From IMG/VR virus record IMGVR_UViG_3300033148_004664: 64,000 nt of DNA. One strand, given 5' to 3'. The notes under the pieces are model-generated. The model saw nothing but the letters and a program-made list of their open reading frames with translations. It was not told the DNA's origin and ran no database searches. Positions within the stretch are counted from its first letter, which is position 1; each line of letters begins with the position of its first letter. Positions 18,454 through 27,418 of this stretch are shown one piece after another. Both the position numbers and the translations under genes were made by a program. The stretch comes from an uncultured virus (IMG/VR IMGVR_UViG_3300033148_004664). Lineage: Duplodnaviria; Heunggongvirae; Uroviricota; Caudoviricetes.

Positions 18454-18534
18454 GGGGGCGGAAAGGCTTCGACGGGGGAGGGCAATCGCCAATCCCTTTC
18501 TCGGATACCGGTTCGATTCCGGTCGCCTCCACCA
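18454..18534 (+). ncRNA. ssrA: Minimal tmRNA: tRNA-like domain only
   Basis: GGGGGCG/CGCCTCC acceptor stem with G3-U70 and ACCA; stemless D-loop GAAAGGCTTCGA; 10-bp helix 2a with an 11-nt loop; T-arm ACCGG-TTCGATT-CCGGT. Confidence 0.85.
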
Positions 18535-18628
18535 AAGTCGCCAAAATAAAGGGGGTGTTGCCGATGAAACATTGATTGAATCTGAATTGTGTCTTGTCTA
18601 CCGAAAATATTTAACAAGGAGGATTACT

Positions 18629-18799
18629 ATGGAATCGTACAATGTATGGGAAAATCCTTATTTTCGAGATGCTTATCTTGATGCTCATCTTCGAGAAAGG
18701 GCTATCCAACTTATTTATGACACCTTCGGACAAACTGTTACGGAGGAAATACTCAAGAAGCATTTCAATATGATCATGGGGTTGATAAGAGGGAGATAG
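18629..18799 (+). CDS. Hypothetical protein
   Basis: ATG after AGGAGG (MESYNVWEN...). Confidence 0.6.
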   Translation: MESYNVWENPYFRDAYLDAHLRERAIQLIYDTFGQTVTEEILKKHFNMIMGLIRGR

Positions 18800-18856
18800 T
18801 GGTTTTCTTACATGAGTTTTTATAACTCTTTTAAAGATAGCATCTTCGGGTCATAA

Positions 18857-18940
18857 AAGTTTGGCGGGGCAAAAGTCAATTAGTGTGGAAGAAAGGCTAA
18901 TTATGAAGCCCTACGGGTTTTATAAAGCCCCGCCAAATTT
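18857..18940 (+). ncRNA. Candidate three-way-junction small RNA
   Basis: 14-bp closing stem AAGTTTGGCGGGGC/GCCCCGCCAAATTT enclosing two hairpins. Confidence 0.5.
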
Positions 18941-19139
18941 ACTAAATGTTGGATGTTTGTCTTATGAATGATTTAGAGAGAGAATACAGAATGCGATATT
19001 ACAAAATGTTAGACAAAATCCATAAGGATCGTAGCCCGTCTTTCGATTGTGATTACAAAAGCGGGGAAGGTAAAGATTGGGCAAAGAAGTTTTTGGATAT
19101 AATTAGAAAAGAGTTAATGTCTTAATGCTGATAAAAATA

Positions 19140-19168
19140 TTGTTTCCAAAATTTTTGTTGCGTATATT
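19140..19168 (+). promoter_or_regulatory. Sigma70-like promoter upstream of the methyltransferase cassette
   Basis: TTGTTT-N17-TATATT. Confidence 0.6.
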
Positions 19169-19216
19169 ATAGTAGCGTGGGTATTAATAATTACTACCCA
19201 AAATAGGGAGGTTACA

Positions 19217-19369
19217 ATGTTTACAGTGATTGGTCATTGTCCGAAATGCGGGGCACCGATTTATGCGCCGACTTCTTGGAGTGGCACGACTCCGCCGTCT
19301 ACATATTATTCGTGTACTTGTCGCGGTAGTTCAACTGTTTTTGTTACAAGTACCAATTCTTCTGGTTAA
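19217..19369 (+). CDS. Small Zn-ribbon protein (not in ORF track)
   Basis: GGGAGG RBS; MFTVIGHCPKCGAPIY...CTC, 50 aa. Confidence 0.65.
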   Translation: MFTVIGHCPKCGAPIYAPTSWSGTTPPSTYYSCTCRGSSTVFVTSTNSSG

Positions 19370-19403
19370 TACATAACATCTCTTGTATAAGAAGGAATGA
19401 AAT

Positions 19404-20006
19404 ATGCTTGAAACAAATAAAATATATCACGGCGATTGTATTGACTTGATGAAGGAATTGTCTGATAAAAGTGTGGATTTTGCATTTGCTGATCCGCCTT
19501 ATGGGATAAACAAAGCACATTGGGATTTATCGTATATAAGCATTGAAAAAGAATTGTTAAGAATATCTCGCAAAGGAATAGCTGTAACTCCAGGGCAAGA
19601 AAATATAGCAAAATGTATTACTGCAATGGGGGATGAATATAAAGGGATTGTATCAGCATGGAACATAAACGGCATGACATTTAGCAAAATAGGGTTTGAG
19701 AATTGGATACCTGTTGTAATGGGTGGAAAAATTAAGCGCGGACAAAACTGCTTTCGTTTTGTTGTGAAGAATGTTAAACCTAACCATCCTTCCCCCAAAC
19801 CTCTTGAGTTCATGAAGGAATTAATATTACGTTTCACTGATGAAAATGATTTAGTTCTTGATCCTTTTCTTGGTTCAGGTACGACTGCAGTAGCTTGTAT
19901 TAAAACTAATCGTAAATTTATAGGTATAGAGATAGACAAACATTATTATGAAATAGCACAAAAAAGAATAGATGCTGAGTTATCACAGTTGAAACTTAAT
20001 TTGTAA
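19404..20006 (+). CDS. N6A/N4C DNA methyltransferase, beta class (cassette 1)
   Basis: DPPY, HPSPKP, DPFLGSGTT; ends QLKLNL. Confidence 0.92.
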   Translation: MLETNKIYHGDCIDLMKELSDKSVDFAFADPPYGINKAHWDLSYISIEKELLRISRKGIAVTPGQENIAKCITAMGDEYKGIVSAWNINGMTFSKIGFENWIPVVMGGKIKRGQNCFRFVVKNVKPNHPSPKPLEFMKELILRFTDENDLVLDPFLGSGTTAVACIKTNRKFIGIEIDKHYYEIAQKRIDAELSQLKLNL

Positions 20007-20024
20007 AAATAGGATGTTAAAATT

Positions 20025-20747
20025 ATGCTTGAACCAAATAAGATATATCACGGCGATTGTTTTGAATTAATGAAGGAACTACCCGATGAAAGTGTGGATT
20101 TTATACTTACTGATCCGCCTTATGGTATTAGTTTCTTATCAACACGGACAAATAATTATGATAAATTGGAAAACGATGATTTAGACGATTGGTTAGAACA
20201 AATTCCTAAATGGTTAAGTGAATTTAGACGTATATTAACTCCTACAGGTGTGTGTTGTTGTTTTTTAGGTGGTGGGGGTAAAATGGCGACTACTGCTCTT
20301 TTTACTATTGAAGCAATAAAACATCTCAAGTTAATTCAAACTTTAGTTTGGAAAAAGTTTATAGGATTGGGGTGGCGATATAGACCGGCGTATGAAAATA
20401 TTATAGTGTTATCTAAATCAGAAGACAACTATAATTTTTATGATACAAGCAAAAAATGTTCTAATGTTATAGAAGGGATTAATCAAAAAATCCCAAAATC
20501 TAATCCTATAAACAACTATTATGAACACCCCACACAAAAACCAGTTGAATTAATGATTCATTTATTGAATATACATTCAAAAGAAGGTGATTTAGTTCTT
20601 GATCCTTTTCTTGGTTCAGGAACAACTGCTATAGCTTGTATTAAAACTAATCGTAAATTTATAGGTATGGAAATAAATAAACATTATTATGAAATGGCAC
20701 AAAAAAGAATAGATGCTGAATTATCACAATTGAAACTTAATTTGTAA
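20025..20747 (+). CDS. N6A/N4C DNA methyltransferase, beta class (cassette 2)
   Basis: DPPY, HPTQKP, DPFLGSGTT; ends QLKLNL. Confidence 0.92.
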   Translation: MLEPNKIYHGDCFELMKELPDESVDFILTDPPYGISFLSTRTNNYDKLENDDLDDWLEQIPKWLSEFRRILTPTGVCCCFLGGGGKMATTALFTIEAIKHLKLIQTLVWKKFIGLGWRYRPAYENIIVLSKSEDNYNFYDTSKKCSNVIEGINQKIPKSNPINNYYEHPTQKPVELMIHLLNIHSKEGDLVLDPFLGSGTTAIACIKTNRKFIGMEINKHYYEMAQKRIDAELSQLKLNL

Positions 20748-20765
20748 AAATAGGATGTTAAAATT

Positions 20766-21407
20766 ATGCTTGAAACAAATAAGATATATCATGGTGATTG
20801 TTTTGAATTAATGAAGGAATTACCTGATAAGAGCGTGGACTTGGTACTTACTGATCCGCCTTATGGGATAAATGTGGTTAATACTACGATAGGAGGTAGT
20901 AATATAGCTAAAGCTAATAAATATAAACCGATAATAAACGATGATATTAAACTTGATCTTTCTGAATTATTCCGAATATCGAAAAATCAAATTATTTTCG
21001 GGGGAAATTATTTTAATTTGCCAATATCGAAAGGATGGATTGTATGGGATAAAAAACTTCGGAATAATTGGAATGATAATTTTTCTGATGGTGAATTGGT
21101 CTGGACATCTTTTAATAAACCTTTAAGAATATATCGCAAATTATATATGGGATGTATGCAAAGTGGAAAGAGAGAAATAAGAATTCACCCAACACAAAAG
21201 CCCATTGAATTGATCAGATGGATTATAGAAAATTATTCAAAACCAACCGATTTAGTTCTTGATCCTTTTCTTGGTTCAGGTACGACCGCTGTAGCTTGTA
21301 TTAAAACTAATCGTAAATTTATAGGTATAGAGATAGACAAACATTATTATGAAATAGCACAAAAAAGAATAGATGCTGAATTATCACAATTGAAACTTAA
21401 TTTGTAA
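20766..21407 (+). CDS. N6A/N4C DNA methyltransferase, beta class (cassette 3)
   Basis: DPPY, HPTQKP, DPFLGSGTT; ends QLKLNL. Confidence 0.92.
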   Translation: MLETNKIYHGDCFELMKELPDKSVDLVLTDPPYGINVVNTTIGGSNIAKANKYKPIINDDIKLDLSELFRISKNQIIFGGNYFNLPISKGWIVWDKKLRNNWNDNFSDGELVWTSFNKPLRIYRKLYMGCMQSGKREIRIHPTQKPIELIRWIIENYSKPTDLVLDPFLGSGTTAVACIKTNRKFIGIEIDKHYYEIAQKRIDAELSQLKLNL

Positions 21408-21431
21408 AAATTGAAATTAAGGAATCAAACT

Positions 21432-22562
21432 ATGTTTGAATTGAATAAAGTACATAATATTGATGTACTGGACGGGTTAAAACAGTTGCCCGATGAAAGT
21501 ATTGACTGTGTTGTTACAAGCCCTCCTTACTGGGGATTGAGGGATTATGGGGAAGAAACAAAGTATATATGGGGAGGGGATAAAAACTGTTCTCATGAAT
21601 GGGGAGATGAGAACATAAATTCATTGAGGTTACAAGCAGGCAATCCTGAATTTCGTCGTCCGTGGCGGGAACAAGCATCTAATGAGACGATTTCTAATGG
21701 TGCATTTTGTTCTAAATGTGGTGCATGGTATGGTAGCTTAGGTCTTGAACCGACAATGCAACTCTATATCGAACATTTGAGAATGGTGTTTGCGGAAGTC
21801 AAGCGGGTGTTGAAGAAAATAGGTACATGTTGGGTTAATATCGGGGACACGTATGCAAGTGGTGGCGGTAATGCGGCAGAACAATCATTTTTGAGAAATA
21901 AAGGAAAAGATAGGCATACACAACCAGATAGCCCGGGTAAGGCAAAACTACGAAGTAAAATGGGTAAATCTCTTTGCAATATCCCGGAACGCTTCTCAAT
22001 CATGATGACGGACGAGTTGGGATGGATCAAGCGTAATACGATTATTTGGTACAAGCGGAATGCGATGCCAGCGAGCGTAAAGGATAGGTTCACAGTGGAT
22101 TTTGAATATTTTTATTTTTTCACGAAAAGTAAAAAGTATTACTTTGAGCAGCAATTTGAGGATTACGCACCAGGATCTGAAGTAGAATATCGACGGAAGT
22201 TGAGGGCGGGGAAGAAATACAACACGAAAGCACCGTGGAAGAATAATATTCCGTTCGCGGGAAAGTATAGACCAACTAATACTAAAGGACGTAACAGGCG
22301 TTGCGTGTGGGATATCCCTACTAAACCCTTTCCAGGTGCTCATTTTGCCGTCTTTCCTCTTGAACTTGTAGAGACGCCGATACTTGCTGGTTGTCCCGAA
22401 GGCGGAATTGTACTTGATCCGTTTGCGGGTAGTGGCACAACGGTACTAAAAGCATTACAGTTGAATAGGAATGCAATTGGTTTCGAGCTTAATCCTGAGT
22501 ATTGTGATTTAAGAAAAGATGAAATAGAGGCGACGAAAGCACAATTGAAATTAAGTATTTGA
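21432..22562 (+). CDS. N4C/N6A DNA methyltransferase with insertions
   Basis: TSPPYW, HFAVFP, DPFAGSGT; Cys-containing insert; ends QLKLSI. Confidence 0.9.
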   Translation: MFELNKVHNIDVLDGLKQLPDESIDCVVTSPPYWGLRDYGEETKYIWGGDKNCSHEWGDENINSLRLQAGNPEFRRPWREQASNETISNGAFCSKCGAWYGSLGLEPTMQLYIEHLRMVFAEVKRVLKKIGTCWVNIGDTYASGGGNAAEQSFLRNKGKDRHTQPDSPGKAKLRSKMGKSLCNIPERFSIMMTDELGWIKRNTIIWYKRNAMPASVKDRFTVDFEYFYFFTKSKKYYFEQQFEDYAPGSEVEYRRKLRAGKKYNTKAPWKNNIPFAGKYRPTNTKGRNRRCVWDIPTKPFPGAHFAVFPLELVETPILAGCPEGGIVLDPFAGSGTTVLKALQLNRNAIGFELNPEYCDLRKDEIEATKAQLKLSI

Positions 22563-22645
22563 TGTTGTCTTATTTAATCAATGTTAAATAACGGTTCGCT
22601 TTATTAAAGGAAAAGCGGATTTCGTTAAATAAGAAATTGGGGCAA

Positions 22646-22900
22646 ATGATGCGACTAAATGATTATGCACGCAATATAGTCAGGGAAAACGGCTGGACAA
22701 CAAGCGAATTTGCAATGCGTCTTGGTGTGCTCTACAGCAGAGCATGGAGATTTCTTCACGGGGAATATCAATTGACTCCCGATTTGGCATGGCGATTGGA
22801 ACTCGTAACTGACGTATCCGTAGAAAAATGGTATGGATTGCAGAAAAAGGATTGGGTAGAAGAGATTGAACGCTTGAGAAATAAACAAAATAATGATTAA
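22646..22900 (+). CDS. HigA-like XRE helix-turn-helix protein
   Basis: EFAMRLGV...LTPDLAWRLE...W..LQ pattern of HigA-type antitoxins. Confidence 0.65.
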   Translation: MMRLNDYARNIVRENGWTTSEFAMRLGVLYSRAWRFLHGEYQLTPDLAWRLELVTDVSVEKWYGLQKKDWVEEIERLRNKQNND

Positions 22901-22924
22901 AGATTTTAATATATTAAAAAGTAT

Positions 22925-23060
22925 TTGACTTTTTTTGTTTGATGTCGTAGCTTATAAACGATTAGCATTAAGTTATTCTCCTATAGGAGTAAATTGTAGC
23001 CCCTCCGAGGATAGGATCTTCGGACCGCCCCTCATTGCCTTTGAATGTAATGGGGGGCTC
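22925..23060 (+). promoter_or_regulatory. Promoter plus structured 5' leader
   Basis: TTGACT-N17-TAGCTT; hairpins at 23004-23024 and 23027-23058. Confidence 0.5.
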
Positions 23061-23090
23061 TAAAAACTTTTAATACAAGGAGGTTGTGTC

Positions 23091-23348
23091 ATGAGTAAGG
23101 AAAAAGAGAAAACCAAACCTTTTAATGCCGACCCTATCACGTTAGATAATTGGGAAGGATTTGTAAAGTGTAGAAAAAAGCCGATTCATGCTGTCCAAAT
23201 GAATTTCCCCGAAGGATTCGAGATTACAACGATGGAAGGTAAGTTGCGGGGACGTCAAGACGATTGGTTAATGATTGGTGTAGAAGGAGAGAAATATCCA
23301 TGTAGAAAAGAGATATTCGAAAAAACGTATGAAATTATTGAGAATTAG
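23091..23348 (+). CDS. PGDYG-like phage protein
   Basis: RKKPI.AVQ...TMEG...DDWLMIGVEGEKYPCRKEIFEKTYE. Confidence 0.7.
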   Translation: MSKEKEKTKPFNADPITLDNWEGFVKCRKKPIHAVQMNFPEGFEITTMEGKLRGRQDDWLMIGVEGEKYPCRKEIFEKTYEIIEN

Positions 23349-23360
23349 GAGGATATTAAA

Positions 23361-23801
23361 ATGTGTGTCGGATCTGAACCAATTGAGAGTGTGCGGTTGC
23401 GCCAGTTTGATGAGAAATTTAGAACACATGATAATCCTTTTATTGGAAAGGTGCGTCAATGGGTTCAAAATCTTTTGGAGCCGTTAAAGTTCGGGCTTCA
23501 TGTACAAGTTATAAGATTTGAGGAAGATGACAATAAAGTAGTGGCGCAATTGTATTTGTTTACATCATTTTATAAATACGCAATCACTGTAATTGCTCCT
23601 GCGAAGGAACCGTTTGATGAACAGTCAAGTTATCTTGGTTGTACTTATTCTTTACGGATACCACGAGCGGGCGAAGATCATTTCAGGGGAGGCGATTTAG
23701 CTGACGGAAAATGTAATTCTCAAACTTGGGAACGGATAAAGGATGATATTATTCGTACTGAGGTAGTCCCGCTTTATCATTTCGTAAATATAACACTATA
23801 G
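23361..23801 (+). CDS. Hypothetical protein
   Basis: 146 aa; RBS AGGAGG. Confidence 0.7.
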   Translation: MCVGSEPIESVRLRQFDEKFRTHDNPFIGKVRQWVQNLLEPLKFGLHVQVIRFEEDDNKVVAQLYLFTSFYKYAITVIAPAKEPFDEQSSYLGCTYSLRIPRAGEDHFRGGDLADGKCNSQTWERIKDDIIRTEVVPLYHFVNITL

Positions 23802-23820
23802 AAATTGTTAGAGAAATAAA

Positions 23821-24150
23821 ATGAAACTAAAGCCTGTACAAGAATTAGACAACAAATCACTGATACATCTATATACGGGTTTATTGTTATGGTTAGAACA
23901 CCAACGTGAGGATAGACGTTATTTTGGTGAACCCAGAAATCCTATTGATGCTGGCGCAATTAACTATTACATAAATCTCTATAAAAGGGGGGTGGATATT
24001 TATGAAGAGGAAATAATTAGAAGAGGGATATTGCAAACAGCTATTCCAGATGATATTCCTCCAATAGCAATGGATAAGTTGCGTAATTCGCCGTATATAT
24101 TATTACGTGAATATGAACAATTATGTTACAAGAGGATATCTGAAAAATGA
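23821..24150 (+). CDS. Hypothetical protein
   Basis: 109 aa ORF within the operon. Confidence 0.6.
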   Translation: MKLKPVQELDNKSLIHLYTGLLLWLEHQREDRRYFGEPRNPIDAGAINYYINLYKRGVDIYEEEIIRRGILQTAIPDDIPPIAMDKLRNSPYILLREYEQLCYKRISEK

Positions 24151-24437
24151 TACTGAAAATCAAACGAGTAGACTATGGTTGGGTTTTTTATGATAAGTTG
24201 TGGAATGTTTCTGTTTCTCCACAAGAGTTGGTGAAAAGAGAAAATATACGACATCATGGGTTTATTCCGTCACAAGAACTATGCAACTGTGATGAACTCA
24301 ATGTTTACAGAGTTTTTGCGGAAAGAAAAAATGAGGGGGATACATTATTCTTTGAAATAGGAACAGAAGCATACCTTTTGAATGACCACGGAGAAGTGAT
24401 CGAGAGTATGCGTCCTGATATAAATAGTTGTAAATAA
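24147..24437 (+). CDS. Hypothetical protein
   Basis: ATGA overlap; AYLLNDHGEVIE C-terminal motif. Confidence 0.65.
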   Translation: MILKIKRVDYGWVFYDKLWNVSVSPQELVKRENIRHHGFIPSQELCNCDELNVYRVFAERKNEGDTLFFEIGTEAYLLNDHGEVIESMRPDINSCK

Positions 24438-24476
24438 AGATGTATCACGATAATTCTTCGTGATTTTTTTCCGTTC

Positions 24477-24537
24477 CCCCCCGTTACCTTCGGGTGCGGG
24501 GTGCACGCCCTCTTTCGGGAGGGCGTTGCCTTTTTTA
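24477..24537 (+). terminator. Tandem hairpin terminator
   Basis: Two GC-rich hairpins with TTCG loops, followed by TTTTTT. Confidence 0.7.
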
Positions 24538-24584
24538 AAACTCCCGTATTCCATAAAAATTTTGTAAAAGATTAAAAATTTTTA

Positions 24585-24613
24585 TTGATTTCTCTTGTTT
24601 ATTGTTGTATATT
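24585..24613 (+). promoter_or_regulatory. Sigma70-like promoter
   Basis: TTGATT-N17-TATATT. Confidence 0.65.
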
Positions 24614-24655
24614 ATTTGTAGAAAGAAAACAATATTATAACAAGGGGGATAATAA

Positions 24656-24844
24656 ATGTCATTTATTGATTGGATAGTCGGCGTGGCTTTTTTCATCGGG
24701 CTTAATATTGTTAATAGTATAATTCTTTGGGTTTTAATTTCGCCAATACAATTATCGTTGTTTCAGGGATTATCTTTAGTCTCATTATTTTTTATAATAA
24801 CGATTCTACTCGTGATCCATTTATTGAACATGTTTATAGAATAA
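24656..24844 (+). CDS. Small membrane protein
   Basis: Two TM segments; SPIQLS resembles 24927 and 26738. Confidence 0.6.
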   Translation: MSFIDWIVGVAFFIGLNIVNSIILWVLISPIQLSLFQGLSLVSLFFIITILLVIHLLNMFIE

Positions 24845-24926
24845 ATGGTTTCTGAGCCATTTATTATTCCATTTCAATTACAGAACGAGTTAGTACATAT
24901 TAACACTAAACAAGTGAGGTAATGAA

Positions 24927-25229
24927 ATGCGTGACATTACAAAAAACATAGGTGTCGCAAAAGCAGTTATTATCTACTTTATTCTTCTGACTGGAATACT
25001 TGTATCATGGTTGGTTGTGATGTGGTGTTTAACATATCCCATTAGTTTATCTCCGTTTTGGATAATTTTCTGTGTAGGATCCCAATTGGCTACTGTGTGG
25101 TTGTTTATTGAATTTCTATATGATCTAAAGGGTGAAGGAAACGTAGAAGCAATAGAAAGTGAACTTGAACGTTTGAAGAAATTGGAGAAAGAAATTAAAG
25201 AAATTTTTGATGAATACGAAATTAGATAA
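24927..25229 (+). CDS. Two-TM coiled-coil membrane protein (paralog of 26738)
   Basis: SW.VV.WCL..PI.LSPFW..FC..SQ shared with 26738. Confidence 0.7.
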   Translation: MRDITKNIGVAKAVIIYFILLTGILVSWLVVMWCLTYPISLSPFWIIFCVGSQLATVWLFIEFLYDLKGEGNVEAIESELERLKKLEKEIKEIFDEYEIR

Positions 25230-25280
25230 AACAAAAATAGCGATAATCCGGCGTATATGTGTTTAGGAAAGGGTTTAGTC

Positions 25281-25751
25281 ATGCAGTGTATGCTTTGCAG
25301 TCGTGAGATTGACGGGGGTATTTCCTATTACATTGGAAAGAAACATGGGTTTGTATGTAGTAATTGCAAACGACTATTAGGACTTAAACCTCATCCAATG
25401 TTTGATGTAGAAATAAGAACTCCTGAAGAATTCGTGCTATGGCTCAAATTGCCGAAGGATGAGAATGAAAAGGCTATTGTAGAGTGTGCCTGGATGAATG
25501 ATGGACGCACAGTAGTTCGTTCCGAATCTATTACAGGAAAACCGATAGATGAGGTTCTTGAACTTTTGTATCGACTACACGATGAACACAAATATCTATG
25601 CATATCCTGCGGAAAAGAAGTAGATGCGAACAAAAACACGAAACGTCATTTTGCTGGCGTATACTGTGAAAAGTGCTGGGAAGAATATAAAAAGAGAAAT
25701 TCTTGGAAATGCCCTAAATGCGGCAATCCGGCATATATGTGTTATTGTTGA
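25281..25751 (+). CDS. Multi Zn-finger protein (paralog of 17519)
   Basis: Multiple CxxC pairs. Confidence 0.7.
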   Translation: MQCMLCSREIDGGISYYIGKKHGFVCSNCKRLLGLKPHPMFDVEIRTPEEFVLWLKLPKDENEKAIVECAWMNDGRTVVRSESITGKPIDEVLELLYRLHDEHKYLCISCGKEVDANKNTKRHFAGVYCEKCWEEYKKRNSWKCPKCGNPAYMCYC

Positions 25752-25929
25752 TAAAAGGAAAAGAAAATGGAACATGAAAATTTGAAACATTACCTTAAGG
25801 AATCTATTCGTATAGCCCTTCAGAGAAGCATTTTCGCTTACGAAGGCGGAAATATGATTGGTAGTCGTTATTGGGATGGGAAAAAGGAAGCGTATCAAGA
25901 TATTTTAAATCTTATAGGCGAGGGAAGAA

Positions 25930-26718
25930 ATGGATAAGATCAGATTATTTAAGGTTCTTCAAGAAGATCTCGTGAGTCCATTCCAGGAATTTTGTTACAA
26001 CATAGGTACTACCTACGAGTGTCACAATTTTGATCCGGATCCATATAAAGATTGTTCCTGTGGGTTTTATGCTACGGATATTGACGGGTTACCGTATGCA
26101 TATAATACCCGTTATAAGGTATTTGAAGTGGAGGTTTGGGGAAGAAGAGTAGAATTCAATAAATTCAAAAGAAGATATGAATATATCAAGATTCTACGTA
26201 AGATGCCTTCTAATGAATTATTTGCCCTTGCAGAAAGTGCAGAAAGCAAGGAGAAATATAGATTGTCAGAGGTATTATTTCCTGTTATTCCATCTTACAT
26301 TAAAGTTACTGAATTGACCGATGAACACAAGAAACTTTTACATCTCTGTACTCAGTTGAAGATTAATATTTATGCTTATGTAAGAGAGAAGGTTATAAAC
26401 AATTACGGTAAAGAAACATGGGAAGCGGTTTTTAATTCCGTTTCGGATTCTGTTGGGAATTTTGCCAGAGTTTCTAATCTAAACAACATTTATAGTAGTG
26501 GTATTTCTATATTGGCATATATTGGTCTGTTGTTTAATAATCATCCTGAGTCGTATGAGTTTCAACCTTTTGTTGATTTGTGGTATCAAGGAATTTTAGT
26601 TGATTATAAATATATTACAGTACGTGAAAGAGATTTATTTAAAAATAAACTTCGTTGGACTCTATTTGACGCAAGGACTTCAAAAGAACTTTATTCAGAA
26701 ATAGTTGATGTCAAGTAA
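25930..26718 (+). CDS. Hypothetical protein (paralog of 29200)
   Basis: CS.GFYATDIDGLPY...FQP.VDLWYQG shared with 29200. Confidence 0.75.
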   Translation: MDKIRLFKVLQEDLVSPFQEFCYNIGTTYECHNFDPDPYKDCSCGFYATDIDGLPYAYNTRYKVFEVEVWGRRVEFNKFKRRYEYIKILRKMPSNELFALAESAESKEKYRLSEVLFPVIPSYIKVTELTDEHKKLLHLCTQLKINIYAYVREKVINNYGKETWEAVFNSVSDSVGNFARVSNLNNIYSSGISILAYIGLLFNNHPESYEFQPFVDLWYQGILVDYKYITVRERDLFKNKLRWTLFDARTSKELYSEIVDVK

Positions 26719-26737
26719 AAAGGAAGGAGAAAATAAG

Positions 26738-27028
26738 ATGCGTATTTTGAGGGGTGTAAGTATGGCTATTACTTACGTTATATTTGTTATCGGAGTTTTC
26801 TTTTCATGGACGGTTGTTATATGGTGTTTAATGTCTCCTATTGAATTATCTCCGTTTTGGGCACTTTTCTGTACTTCATCTCAAGCATTTACTCTATTCG
26901 CTGTTGTTAAATTCATAATAGATATTGATAACGGATTTGAAGAAGTTATGGAAGAAACAAATCGTAAATTTGAACGGTTGAAAAAAGAACTTGAAAAATT
27001 GGAGGGTAGTTATGAGAACGAGGGATAA
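26738..27028 (+). CDS. Two-TM coiled-coil membrane protein
   Basis: Paralog of 24927. Confidence 0.7.
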   Translation: MRILRGVSMAITYVIFVIGVFFSWTVVIWCLMSPIELSPFWALFCTSSQAFTLFAVVKFIIDIDNGFEEVMEETNRKFERLKKELEKLEGSYENEG

Positions 27029-27187
27029 TATTGAAGCACTCAGGAAAGATATTAAGGAGCTCAGAAAAGAAATAGCAGATTTCAAAAAAATTCTGGCGGA
27101 TATTCATAAAATAAAGAAATCAGTAAAAAATACTGATGAGGGAGTCAATAATTTTGAGTATATTACTATAACATATGAGAAGGGAGA

Positions 27188-27418
27188 TTGAAAATGATTC
27201 TCTGTGAAGTTATTGGAAAGGTACTTACAAATGGCGGAGTAATGCATATTTATAAGGAACTTCCATATTATTTCAAAACAAGAAGGGATTTCAAAAGGTT
27301 CATGAAAGCGAATCCAGATGAATTCGACCCAGATTCTTTCTATATTTTGTTGAGCAAACAACCATTTATCAGATTTAAAAAAGAATCGAATGGGCGGGTT
27401 ATAATCTATGAAGAATAA
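27188..27418 (+). CDS. Hypothetical protein
   Basis: ORF overlapping its neighbours in the operon. Confidence 0.55.
   Translation: MKMILCEVIGKVLTNGGVMHIYKELPYYFKTRRDFKRFMKANPDEFDPDSFYILLSKQPFIRFKKESNGRVIIYEE

Noticed and set aside
18454..18534. Ordinary tRNA or attP remnant
   Set aside because: No D-stem or 7-nt anticodon loop; both tmRNA termini are present and paired; no integrase in the window.
18259..18617. ORFs 18259-18549 (+) and 18297-18617 (-)
   Set aside because: They overlap the mini-tmRNA and the real 18240 gene; shadow frames.
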